Source of the DNA: Octopus bimaculoides
Lineage: Eukaryota
Reading direction: 5' to 3'
Assembly: GCF_001194135.2 (NCBI RefSeq)
Contig: NC_068984.1
Span: 146,960,073 to 146,995,339 of the forward strand
DNA: 35,267 nucleotides
Under the pieces are notes generated by a model. It was not told where the DNA came from. It worked only from the letters and a program-made list of their open reading frames with translations, and did not search any database. Below are positions 24,001 through 35,267 of this stretch, in pieces (the first letter of the stretch is position 1; each line of letters begins with the position of its first letter). A program made the position numbers and the translations under genes.

Positions 24001-24362
24001 CTTGAAGACTTGTATATTGGTGTGCCGTGTGGTGGGGGACGAAATAGGGACAATGATTTTGAGGTAATTCGTTGTATAGTTGCATAAATTACTGCACGAA
24101 ATTACAATGTGCTGTGTCAAGATACTCTAAAAGTTGCGCTGACAAAAACGAAGCTGCGAGGTATTTATTGGCATTAGAAAGGGAAGTTTCTTCCATCGAC
24201 ATTCGGAAAATTACGGATCTTACTCTATTTCTTCACTGGAAAATTTATGTTTCTCGACCATGTGAAGTGTTTTAAGAGACAGAATCCATGATGCAATTTC
24301 TGTCTAACTTCCATTTGTGTGAATGGAACGAGGTCAAAAACTGTCTGACCTTCTGTATATCA

Positions 24363-24529
24363 GCGCAGGCATAGCTGTGTGGGTAATAAGCTCGTTTTGC
24401 CGCCACGTGGTTTCCGGCATTTTGAGCAAGTGTCTTCTACTATAGCCCAGGGCGGGGGACCAAGACTTGGAAGTGAATTTGGTAAACGGAAACTGAAAGA
24501 AGCCCGTCGTATGTATGTATGTGTGTGTG

Positions 24530-24577
<48 letters not shown>

Positions 24578-24745
24578 TGTATGTTTGTCTTGACATAATT
24601 TGATAGCTGTGAATGAATGTCATTACCATACAAACAGTGTCATGGGAAAATATTGCCTTCCTTGGAAACAGGTGAGTTTTGGCGACAGGAAGACCGTCCG
24701 GGCATAGAAAATCTGCTTTGATAAATTCCCTCTGATCTATCACTA
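24363..24745 (+). mobile_element. SINE with family A head and core joined to tail D
   Basis: gcgcaggcatagctgtgtgg...ggaaactgaaagaagcccgtcg, then (GT)n, then tcttgacat...ttggaaacaggtgagttttggcgacaggaag...aaattccctctgatc. Confidence 0.85.
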
Positions 24746-24800
24746 TTATGTGATGTGAAGACAAGGAGACACAATACATATGTATACAAACATGCAAATA

Positions 24801-24957
24801 TACGGCGGGCTTCCTCACAGTTTCCACCTACCAATTCCACTCACGAGGCTTTATTCTCCTCCGAAGCTATAGCAGAAAATACATGCCCGTGGTGCCGGGT
24901 AATTGAGCTGAACTCGAAACCATCTGCTTGGGACACAAACTTCTTCTCAACCACACA
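24801..24957 (-). mobile_element. SINE family A head
   Basis: cgggcttcctcacagtttccacctaccaattccactcac...gctatagcagaaaatac...ctcaaccacac. Confidence 0.8.
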
Positions 24958-25416
24958 TGTACACCTGTATGTATGGATATGTACCATTATTCGCTGAAAC
25001 ATATGTGTGTATATATCTGAATGAATAAGCTTGTAAGAATAGATGAAGATTAAAAGAAACCTCAAATTAAAATATAAGTACGGTTGTTTATTTTAAGCAC
25101 TGTAAATGATTGTCGACGTTTACCTTAACCTTATACAGAACCGTTGGGGAAGGTTAGCTAAGTCAGAAAGACATCCTTTCCAGTGGGGTAAATTAATCCA
25201 TCATTAACTTAACACCATCAAAACTACATTCAGTTAATAGGAATTATGAGTCTCAGGAGATTTTCAAAGATGTTTGCCATTTTTCAAAATTCATTTACAT
25301 TTTATTGTTAATGTTTCTAATAATTCTAACGTTGTTTCCAAGCTGGAATCTTAATAACTTTGGCTGACTTTCGAAATTTTTCCAACCGATAATTTCTAAT
25401 CACTTCATTTCTTTAC

Positions 25417-25538
<122 letters not shown>

Positions 25539-25544
25539 CTTTTT

Positions 25545-25635
25545 CTTTTTTCTTTATTGCCCACAAGGGGCTAAACACAGAGGGGACAAACACGGACAAA
25601 CAAAGGGATTAAGTCGATTACATCGACCCCAGTGC
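25545..25635 (-). mobile_element. SINE family B 3' end next to an (ATT)n array
   Basis: cccacaaggggctaaacacagaggggacaaac...gattaagtcgattacatcgaccccagtgc. Confidence 0.7.
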
Positions 25636-25687
25636 TTTCGAGGTCGACAAAATAATTTATTTACACTCACACATGCGTATACATATA

Positions 25688-26047
25688 GGTGCAGGAATGG
25701 TTGAGTGGTAAGAAGCTTGCTTGCCAACCACATGGTTCCAGGTTGAGTCCCATTGCGTAGCACCTTGGGCAAGTGTCTTCTACTATACCTTCGGGCCGAC
25801 CAAAGCCTTGTGAGTGGATTTGGTAGACGGAAACCGAAAGAAGCCCGTCGTATATACATATGTGTGTGTGTGTGTGTGTGTTTGTCCGCCCCCCCCCTTG
25901 CAACATAGCTTGACAACCGATGCTTGTGTGTTTACGTCCCCGTAACTTAGCGGTTCGGCAAAGAATAAGTCCTGGAAGTGATTTGCTCGACTAATGGTGG
26001 TGCTCCAGCATGGCCGCAGTCAAATAGCTGAAACAAATAAAAGAATA
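25688..26047 (+). mobile_element. SINE family A, best-conserved copy in the window
   Basis: ggtgcaggaatggttgagtggtaagaagcttgc...gcaccttgggcaagtgtcttctac...ggtgctccagcatggccgcagtcaaatagctgaaac; used as the in-window reference. The ccttgggcaagt motif resembles the CORE-SINE central domain. Confidence 0.92.
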
Positions 26048-27564
26048 CGTAAATCACTCACGTTGTTGTGCCATGTCCGAGTGAACAAAAGAACATCATT
26101 GGATGCTCCTCCGATCAATCTATGTGACCAAATAAGGTTCCTCGCAGCCAAATTTCCTCATTTTATGGACTGCAATATCCATTGTAAGACATTGGATTAT
26201 ATAATCCGTGATACATTACGTCCGCTAAAAAAATATATGACAGAATGGTGTCAATTGGAACAACACCAAACTTAGCCTTTTCGATCAAGAGTTGAGCTGC
26301 AGCTACAGAACAACAACGACTCACTTCGAATCTCCTTCATTATTCCATCATTCTACCAATCTGTTGAATTTCGCTGCTCAGTCTTTCTACAAAACACTTG
26401 ACTACTTATCGCTTATTCCAGTTTCAGTTTACTAGCAGAACTGCAGCAGGGTGCAGTTCTCTTATAGGCCACGTTGCTCCCACCTCACGCCGAAAATTAA
26501 CTACAACATGGCCCAGAAAAAACAAAACAAAAAACTCCTGAAGAGTTTTCAGCATGCCACAATAAGTTGAAGAACTTCATGTTTCTAGGGGTGTTTAAAA
26601 TCAAAAATAGCCAAGAAGGGAGAGCAGTCGATCGAAATCTCGAACAGTTTGGTGAACTTTCCTGCTGTAGACTTCCCAGTGAAGTATATACCATTCAGTT
26701 GGTTAGGTGATGTGCATATGTATATATGTGTGTATATATATATATATNNNNNNNNNNNNNNNNNNNNNNNNNNNNNNNNNNNNNNNNNNNNNNNNNNNNN
26801 NNNNNNNNNNNNNNNNNNNNNNNNNNNNNNNNNNNNNNNNNNNNNNNNNNNNNNNNNNNNNNNNNNNNNNNNNNNNNNNNNNNNNNNNNNNNNNNNNNNN
26901 NNNNNNNNNNNNNNNNNNNNNNNNNNNNNNNNNNNNNNNNNNNNNNNNNNNNNNNNNNNNNNNNNNNNNNNNNNNNNNNNNNNNNNNNNNNNNNNNNNNN
27001 NNNNNNNNNNNNNNNNNNNNNNNNNNNNNNNNNNNNNNNNNNNNNNNNNNNNNNNNNNNNNNNNNNNNNNNNNNNNNNNNNNNNNNNNNNNNNNNNNNNN
27101 NNNNNNNNNNNNNNNNNNNNNNNNNNNNNNNNNNNNNNNNNNNNNNNNNNNNNNNNNNNNNNNNNNNNNNNNNNNNNNNNNNNNNNNNNNNNNNNNNNNN
27201 NNNNNNNNNNNNNNNNNNNNNNNNNNNNNNNNNNNNNNNNNNNNNNNNNNNNNNNNNNNNNNNNNNNNNNNNNNNNNNNNNNNNNNNNNNNNNNNNNNNN
27301 NNNNNNNNNNNNNNNNNNNNNNNNNNNNNNNNNNNNNNNNNNNNNNNNNNNNNNNNNNNNNNNNNNNNNNNNNNNNNNNNNNNNNNNNNNNNNNNNNNNN
27401 NNNNNNNNNNNNNNNNNNNNNNNNNNNNNNNNNNNNNNNNNNNNNNNNNNNNNNNNNNNNNNNNNNNNNNNNNNNNNNNNNNNNNNNNNNNNNNNNNNNN
27501 NNNNNNNNNNNNNNNNNNNNNNNNNNNNNNNNNNNNNNNNNNNNNNNNNNNNNNNNNNNNNNNN

Positions 27565-27617
<53 letters not shown>

Positions 27618-28015
27618 TTTCTCTGTGTGTGTTTCTTTCTATCTCTCAGTCTTTCTAGTTCTCTCTCTGATGCTCACATGCATTGGTCGTCGAAAGAAGC
27701 ACCACTCATGGAAATGCCATCACCGACGTAAACAAATGCCTTCACTCTACTCTGCGTTATCGAGTAATTTACATCAGACAGTGGTTCTCCGAGATTTTAA
27801 ACGGGCATCTAATGGGTGTGCGTGTGTGTTAATTTGTTTCTTCTATGCTATTCTGTCCTATCTCTTACGACTTCTAAGCGCTATATTGTCGTTGTGGTTT
27901 CATAAACTTTATCCCCGTTTCCAAGAGACTTATTCGACTCTTTAGAACGCCATTTTATCAAATATTTTGTCCATGCAGAGATTTAAGCTAAGAACTCGAA
28001 GCTTAAGCAACACAT

Positions 28016-28086
<71 letters not shown>

Positions 28087-28424
28087 TCATGGCAGGGAAC
28101 TGTTCAATTTATCTATCTGTCTGTATGGTTGTCAGCCTATCTATCTTAGCTAGCTAGCTCGATTGCTATCCATCTTGATGTCTAACTGTCAATCTATATA
28201 CACTCACATACAAAAACACACGCACATATTTTTAGACTGTTTTATGAGAAATGGCTGTGAATTATCAGTCGACAGATCCCCTGCAGCTTGCGTGGTGTCG
28301 CATTGAAACTATGCAGAAACGAAAGCCTACAACACTGTCTTTTCTAAAGTCTCAAAGTGGCTTTTCACACTCGACATTAACCATTACGTGCTTTTCAATT
28401 TTCTTCAATGATACCAAGCTACAA

Positions 28425-28435
28425 GTATCTATCTA

Positions 28436-28504
<69 letters not shown>

Positions 28505-28592
28505 CTGTCTGTCCGTCTGTCTATACATACATACATACATATATACATACGTGCTTACGTACATACACACACACACACACGCACGCACACAC
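28425..28592. repeat. (CTAT)n-(CTGT)n-(ACAT)n-(CA)n compound repeat
   Basis: Direct reading. Confidence 0.9.
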
Positions 28593-28888
28593 ATTTAATA
28601 ATTCTTTTTGGGAACAATGGATATCGAAGCAAAAATGTTTTGAGTGGTAGCTTGTGAATATTGGGTCTAAAATCGTCTGAAGTCGAAGGTTTTTTCTTCT
28701 TCGAGATTCCCTGGTCCCCAAATGAATTATTCCACATTTTCTCAGAATTAATGTTTGTTCTTACGGCAACTCATAATTAAACAAATTTTACATTAACCTG
28801 AAGAATTACTCATAATTATTTAAGAATTATAATAATAATTATATAATTAGAATTAATTATAAAAGAATTACTTGTTATACTTTTGCAA

Positions 28889-28948
28889 GAAGAGTGGTGA
28901 CAGTGACCTGGCGGTTTCGACCTGCTGGCCTTTGTTGGATTGTCCTTC
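28889..28948 (-). ncRNA. Degenerate type I hammerhead ribozyme with mutated CUGANGA core, antisense within the RBM24 intron
   Basis: Minus strand reads GAAG GACAAT CCAACAA A GGCC-AGCA-GGTC GAAACC-GCCA-GGTC ACTGTC ACCACT CTTC. Helices II and III, GAAA and the GUC triplet are intact. Helix I pairs 5 of 6 plus a distal 4-bp stem after a bulge. The core is CCAACAA instead of CTGACGA. Confidence 0.65.
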
Positions 28949-28962
28949 AACTACATACATCG

Positions 28963-29122
28963 CACAGCCTATGGGTGCGTGGTTAAGAAGATCGTTTTGC
29001 AACAGCTATGTAGGTTTGAGTTCGAGCCCTTTGCGTTGCACTTTGAGAAAATTGCTTTCTACCATAGCCTCGTTTAATCCAAAGCGTTAGGAGTAAAATT
29101 TGGACGGCAAAACAGTGTAGAA
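28963..29122 (+). mobile_element. SINE family A head, strongly diverged
   Basis: gcgtggttaagaag...gagttcgagccctttgcgttgcactttgag...accatagcctcg...ggacggcaaaac. Confidence 0.65.
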
Positions 29123-29671
29123 AGGGTCGTTGATTAAGTCCAAACTGGTATCACCTGACGCTTTGGGGTTCCTTTAGTGGAGTTCCTTTATTAGAAGTAT
29201 TCGTATCAGGCTTTCTTTGTCTGCCGAAAACTTCCTCCCTCCTTCCCTCCTTCCCCTTTTCCCCATCATATTTGGAATCCCTGTAACGGTTTTTAGGGAA
29301 TCGACCTCTTCTGACAAAGCGACTAAAACCAATTTGAAGATGAAAGGGCGAAGTTGGTGAAGTATAGAACCATTACATTAGCTGACCATTCAGTCTGGCA
29401 GACACTTTGTTGTCATTGAAAATAATTAAATGTTCCATATTTTAATGAGAAAGAATTTTTATGAAACCTGTTCCAAAGTTGTTGTTTTTTTTGTCTTTTG
29501 ACAGAGTGGCATCGTATCTAGGCAGAAATAGGTTTCTCATTTTTCTAATCAACACGACAAAAATTAGATTTAAACAGTAGTTCCATGGGTCTTGGCGATT
29601 CTGAAAACAATTAAAATATGCCTACTCTCTTTCTCTCCCTCTCTTTATTTATCTATCTATCTATCTATCTA

Positions 29672-29708
<37 letters not shown>

Positions 29709-29822
29709 ATCTATCTCCAGCTATCTGTTTCTATCTCTTTCCCATTGTCTGTATGTCATTGTCTCCGTCTTTCTTGTGTCTTTCTTAAATTCTATTATAT
29801 AATCCATTCGCACATTCCACAG

Positions 29823-29946
29823 GTAACGATGGCAACTAAGGAGTCAGCGGAACGAGCTTGCAAGGACCCTAATCCTATTATAGACGGCAGAAAAGCCAAC
29901 GTAAATCTGGCTTATTTAGGGGCTAAACCAAGAGGAATACAGACAG
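29823..29946 (+). CDS. RBM24: RBM24/RBM38 family protein, second coding exon (RRM C-half)
   Basis: Acceptor ...cacattccacAG ends at 29822. The exon reads [41 protein letters not shown]+G, continuing in frame from ...GYGF and matching the family motif [29 protein letters not shown]. Donor AG|GTAAGG at 29947 (phase 1); exon length 124 nt. Confidence 0.96.
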
Positions 29947-30324
29947 GTAAGGTGTTCAGACATTCTTCCTTCTAGTTTCAAGAATATTGCTCTACCTGTC
30001 TTCTGTCTAGCAAAGAAGGGAGTTCAAATGCAATTTAGGAGATTGGTAGCTAGTTGTCCGACTTTCTTAATTTTCCCTTTTCTCAGGTCAAGTTATTTAT
30101 CTTTTTGGTGAGAAGGGTAGAGTCCTTGGCTCTTTACGAGGTGTCCGAGACTGAGGGAGAGTGCAGAAGGTCTGTCCTTGGTCCTTTACTAAGCTTCCGA
30201 GATATTGGGAGGGAGAAAGTCGTTCTCAAACCGGTAACCCTAAACCGAATGCTTGCAACCTGCTGTTTGTGTGCTTGCCAAGATCAACATCTGGTCCTTG
30301 CAAACCCCCAAGAATCAGGTAGCG

Positions 30325-30510
30325 ATATTAAACCGAGAAAGTAGGTATGGCGGGATTTGAACTCAGAACGCAAAAAATCGGAACGAATACTCTGCTGCCT
30401 TCTACGCAACACTGATGATTCCGTCGAAGACTCGGGCTGTCTTCATCGACTCTGGAATGATGAAAGACGAAACTGACTTCGGTGAAATTTGAACTCAGAG
30501 CGCAAGATGC
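30325..30510 (-). mobile_element. SINE family B fragments (two partial heads)
   Basis: ggcgggatttgaactcagaacg and gatgaaagacgaaactgacttcggtgaaatttgaactcagagcg resemble 11648-11778. Confidence 0.55.
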
Positions 30511-30521
30511 CGGAATAGATT

Positions 30522-30730
30522 CGTGTTTGTGTTTGTTACCCACCATCACTTGACAACCGGTACTGGTTTATTTACTTTCCCGTAACTTAGCAGCTCACCA
30601 AAAGAAAGCCGATACAAAAAGTACCAGCCTTGAAAAAAAAAAAAAGTACAGGGGTTTATTATTTCGATTAAGTTTTAAGAGCGGTGCTCCAGCTGGGACT
30701 CAGCGCCATGGCTAAAACGAGAAAAAGATA
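30522..30730 (+). mobile_element. SINE family A 3' half
   Basis: cacttgacaaccggtactgg...cccgtaacttagcagc...agcggtgctccagc. Confidence 0.8.
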
Positions 30731-30974
30731 ATAAAATATATATATATAAGCAATAAAACAGATCAGGGATGGAATAAATATTCATGAAGTCCGTTTGTAA
30801 ACACGTCAATGGGAAGAAGAACAAAACAAGAAAAGAAAAGAAAACCGGTGCATTTAACAGTCGGACGCCTACGATGGATATTCTTTATCAAATAACATGT
30901 TTAAAAGAGATATACACACGAAAACACCCACCTCCATAGATTGGCGTTGAAAACAATACAAACACTGACAGTGC

Positions 30975-31161
30975 TGTGTGTGTGTATGTATGTATGTATG
31001 TATGTATGTATGTATGTATGTATGTATGTATGTATGTATGTATGTATGTATGCTATACATGTATAACAGTTAACAAACATGAATTATATACCAGCATAGC
31101 ATACATTTCAATGTCCTTAAGAATGTATATATGTATGTATGTATGTATATATGTATGTACG

Positions 31162-31213
<52 letters not shown>
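30975..31213. repeat. (GTAT)n and (CTAT)n arrays leading into a 650-N gap
   Basis: Direct reading. Confidence 0.9.
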
Positions 31214-31863
31214 NNNNNNNNNNNNNNNNNNNNNNNNNNNNNNNNNNNNNNNNNNNNNNNNNNNNNNNNNNNNNNNNNNNNNNNNNNNNNNNNNNNNNNN
31301 NNNNNNNNNNNNNNNNNNNNNNNNNNNNNNNNNNNNNNNNNNNNNNNNNNNNNNNNNNNNNNNNNNNNNNNNNNNNNNNNNNNNNNNNNNNNNNNNNNNN
31401 NNNNNNNNNNNNNNNNNNNNNNNNNNNNNNNNNNNNNNNNNNNNNNNNNNNNNNNNNNNNNNNNNNNNNNNNNNNNNNNNNNNNNNNNNNNNNNNNNNNN
31501 NNNNNNNNNNNNNNNNNNNNNNNNNNNNNNNNNNNNNNNNNNNNNNNNNNNNNNNNNNNNNNNNNNNNNNNNNNNNNNNNNNNNNNNNNNNNNNNNNNNN
31601 NNNNNNNNNNNNNNNNNNNNNNNNNNNNNNNNNNNNNNNNNNNNNNNNNNNNNNNNNNNNNNNNNNNNNNNNNNNNNNNNNNNNNNNNNNNNNNNNNNNN
31701 NNNNNNNNNNNNNNNNNNNNNNNNNNNNNNNNNNNNNNNNNNNNNNNNNNNNNNNNNNNNNNNNNNNNNNNNNNNNNNNNNNNNNNNNNNNNNNNNNNNN
31801 NNNNNNNNNNNNNNNNNNNNNNNNNNNNNNNNNNNNNNNNNNNNNNNNNNNNNNNNNNNNNNN

Positions 31864-31895
<32 letters not shown>

Positions 31896-33049
31896 GTGTG
31901 TGTGTGTGTGTGAATGTTTGTATCTATGAGTGAGTTGTGTTTGCTGATCATTGTGTTTTCCTGTATAGTTCGTAAAATTTAAAACAGACTAACAGGTTAA
32001 AATCAGTTAGTGTTTATGCGTGTGTATATGTATGTATTATATGTATTTATGTGCATGCATGTATGTATATATGTCTATCTATGTACGAGATATGCATATG
32101 CACCGATGTATGGATGTATGCAGCAGCAGATGTGTTTGTGCAGTACAAAGGCACATAATTGTCTGCAGGCTTGCATATATGTCTACGCAGGAATGTACCA
32201 GGATGCTTCCGCTCATATGTTTTAAAAGATATGCGTGCATCCATGTATATGGCGTATGTCTGTCTGTCTGTCTGCATCTGTTGATGAGTTGATGCACGTG
32301 TGTTTATGTATACATATATTTAGATTTCAAGTCAGCTGCTTGTTGCTGTTGGTGTTATTGTAAACAGTTTATTGAAAAGATTTACACATATACACACATA
32401 TGTATATGTGTACATATATGTGTGTATATATGCATGTGTATATATACAAATATATATATGTAAACACACACACACACACACACATATTGGTATGTATACA
32501 TATGGATGGGCTGAATTTTTTTGTAGAGTAACGCTGTATAGTGTAGAACAGTGAAGGGGTGTATAGTATCCCCTGTGATAGTGTGTTGTGTATTGTGCAA
32601 TTAAACCTAAAATCTGTCTTGAGGTTTGTTAAGTCGGGCTTATTCCATTTTCCGAGCGGTGTAAGCCATTAAGTTTGCAAAATGCCCCACCTGGACGGGA
32701 CGCCAGACTCGCCATCTTCAATGTGTTGTGCAGTGCAATAATGTGTATTGGAGTGTAATCTGGAGTAGACATACGGTGGTGGTGATGGATGTTGGTGGTG
32801 ATCTGTCTTTTTGACGAATGAACGCTCTGCAGGATTTGTATAGACCTGCCTTCATTGCTTTGAAGTATTTGTAAGTGAACTTCTTCGGGAGGCACAGCCA
32901 TTACTCAGGGTCAGTGTGGACTCAGCGGACAATAGTAGTTCACTGCAGAGTGCAGTAGACTTGTGCTGTTGGTATTAGGGTTCAGCCCCAGAAAAGGTCT
33001 AATTGAGAAGACCTATGATGAAGTCCAACACCTCCTAATAGTAAATAAT

Positions 33050-33240
33050 GTTTAGGAAGGTCAGTACACATGGGAACACACAAGATGGTGGAGGTGGGAC
33101 TTTGAAGCTAGTGGAGGTGGGAAGAGAGAAAGGAAGCCTCAAACGGAAGATCTGCGGCCCGAATAACTCCACAACAGGTGCCCGAGGTCGAGTTTATGGC
33201 GTTAAACCAGATGACTCGGTTTTTTGCTTACAAGAAAATC
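33050..33240 (+). mobile_element. Possible decayed 3' end of an RTE-type LINE
   Basis: One frame gives RWDFEASGGGKRERKPQ, loosely like the RTE C-terminal FEVEGxRxxGRP motif. Resemblance is weak and no RT motif is present. Confidence 0.2.
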
Positions 33241-34159
33241 ATGGCAAAACCTGAACTCATGATTTGTTAATCGGAATAAACACCCAAAGTATTTCGACCG
33301 ATGCTGTAATAAATCTCCCTGATACGATTCAGAGTGGAGTCTCTCTTTCTCTGCAAACAAACATACATACATACATACATACATGCATACATACATACAT
33401 ACATACATACATACATACATACATACATGCATACACACATACATGCATATAGTGGTATGTACACATATGTGTATATGTATGTAAGCACACAAACGCACAT
33501 ACTCACATCTACACACGCACACATCTGCTGTGTACTATGAACCGTAATGTCCTTTAGCGTTGAATGATACAACTCAAAAGTACAAACTTCAGCGAAGTAT
33601 AAATATGTGGAGGACTTCCAGCATCTTCATGGCCGAAATGGATGTTAAACTTAAAGACACCAAAGTCAAAAACTTTATACAATACTGCTGTAATATCTCC
33701 GTAGTGGCTGTTGAACCTCGTTTTGTCATTTATATGTTCTGTCTTCTCCACTCCATCCCCTGTACAACTTTAATATTCTATCCTTCTGGCACGACATGAA
33801 GGGACGAATGATATTGGAGTCTCAGAACACAAAATGGGATATCTACAATTACTATAACTGTACCCGGCTCCATAAAAGTAATGGTGAAAAGTAGAACAAA
33901 AGCATGATATATATATATATATATATATAAATCGATGAAGATTGAGGCCAAGTTCAATAGCTTGAAAGGAATTTAAGACAGAAGATACTTTTAGATGCAA
34001 AAGAAACTTATTTTCCACAATTTATTTTTCTTCAAAGCTCACTTATTTAGATGGCGCACAACTTTTAAGAGTAGTTTCTATAAACATTCACTCCGTCTCA
34101 GGAGTAATGAGTGATTAATATTCATTTTGCTTGAAATACTACTACAACTTGCAAACTAT

Positions 34160-34187
34160 ATGTGTATCTGTATATGTATATATGATA

Positions 34188-34242
<55 letters not shown>

Positions 34243-34416
34243 CGCGCGCACGGGTTGTATGTATGTATACACGTATGTGTATATGTAGCTATGTTTGTAT
34301 GTGAATGAATATATATGTATATGTATATATATGCATATGTACAAATATATACACATATATACACACTCAAACATACATATTGACAAGAATGTGTACGAGT
34401 TATATATATATATGTT

Positions 34417-34454
<38 letters not shown>

Positions 34455-34608
34455 GTTCAAAAACACAATAACAAAAAAACAAAAAAACAACAAAGTGAGG
34501 ACGTAATATATATANNNNNNNNNNNNNNNNNNNNNNNNNNNNNNNNNNNNNNNNNNNNNNNNNNNNNNNNNNNNNNNNNNNNNNNNTATATATATATATA
34601 TACAGATA

Positions 34609-34658
<50 letters not shown>

Positions 34659-35194
34659 TATCTGTATATATGTGTGTGTGTGTGTATATATATATGTATG
34701 TATGTATGTACGTATATTTATATATAAATAAATACTATGGGTGGCTTATTCGCAATTTTATAACCTAAAGGCAGAAATATAGACGTCACTAAAGTATATA
34801 CACATATATGTATATATGCACACAAACATACATATAGACAGGAATGTAATGCGTACGAGTATATATATATGTGTCTATATATATACATACATATATGTTA
34901 TATATGTATGTATATATGTATATATATACATATATATTAATATATAATTATATATATATGCATATATATATGTATATGTATATATATGCATAGATGCATA
35001 CATACTTGCAAATATATATATATATATATACATTTGTATGTTTGTATGTACTTACTGTAAAATACGTGTGAGTGCATACAGGCATGAATCTGTTTATAAA
35101 ATGTTGAGTAAAGTGTGTGTGTGTGTGTGTGTGTGTGCTTGCGAGCTGTTTACTGACAAAGCAAGGTAAATATGTTTCTGTGCTTTATATATTT

Positions 35195-35267
<73 letters not shown>
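34160..35267. repeat. Mixed (GT)n/(AT)n/(CT)n/(CA)n microsatellite-rich region with a gap
   Basis: Direct reading. Confidence 0.85.

Noticed and set aside
26437-26460. 9-bp hairpin AGAACTGCA-gcaggg-TGCAGTTCT
   Set aside because: About one hairpin of this size is expected by chance in a window this long.
29947-35267. Search for the next constitutive RBM24 exon (Ala/Pro/Tyr/Gln-rich tail)
   Set aside because: No phase-1 exon with family-like sequence was found; it probably lies beyond the window or in the 31214-31863 gap.

Overview
AT-rich, microsatellite-saturated animal genomic DNA with ten assembly gaps (~2.5 kb of N). The repeat families resemble the tRNA-derived SINEs of Octopus, so the source is probably an octopod short-read assembly (inference). 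One protein-coding gene is supportable: an RBM24/RBM38 (SEB4/SUP-12)-family RRM protein on the + strand. Two coding exons are visible (21300-21476 and 29823-29946), separated by an 8346-nt GT-AG intron. The first coding exon has its own splice acceptor, so an upstream exon exists but could not be located. The exons encoding the C-terminus lie outside the window or in a gap. About 25 SINE copies or fragments from several families sit in both orientations. Nearly all ORFs in the supplied track are microsatellite or N artefacts. The most unusual signals are: (1) two degenerate type I hammerhead-ribozyme folds of the Penelope/retrozyme kind (18124-18179 +, 28889-28948 -); (2) a candidate frame-preserving 21-nt microexon 140 nt after the second coding exon; (3) a 180-nt stop-free first coding exon bracketed by inverted SINEs, a circRNA candidate; (4) dense inverted SINE pairs in the intron that could form ADAR substrates; (5) an unexplained 229-codon open frame at 6684-7373. 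Repeat boundaries were read by eye and are approximate.
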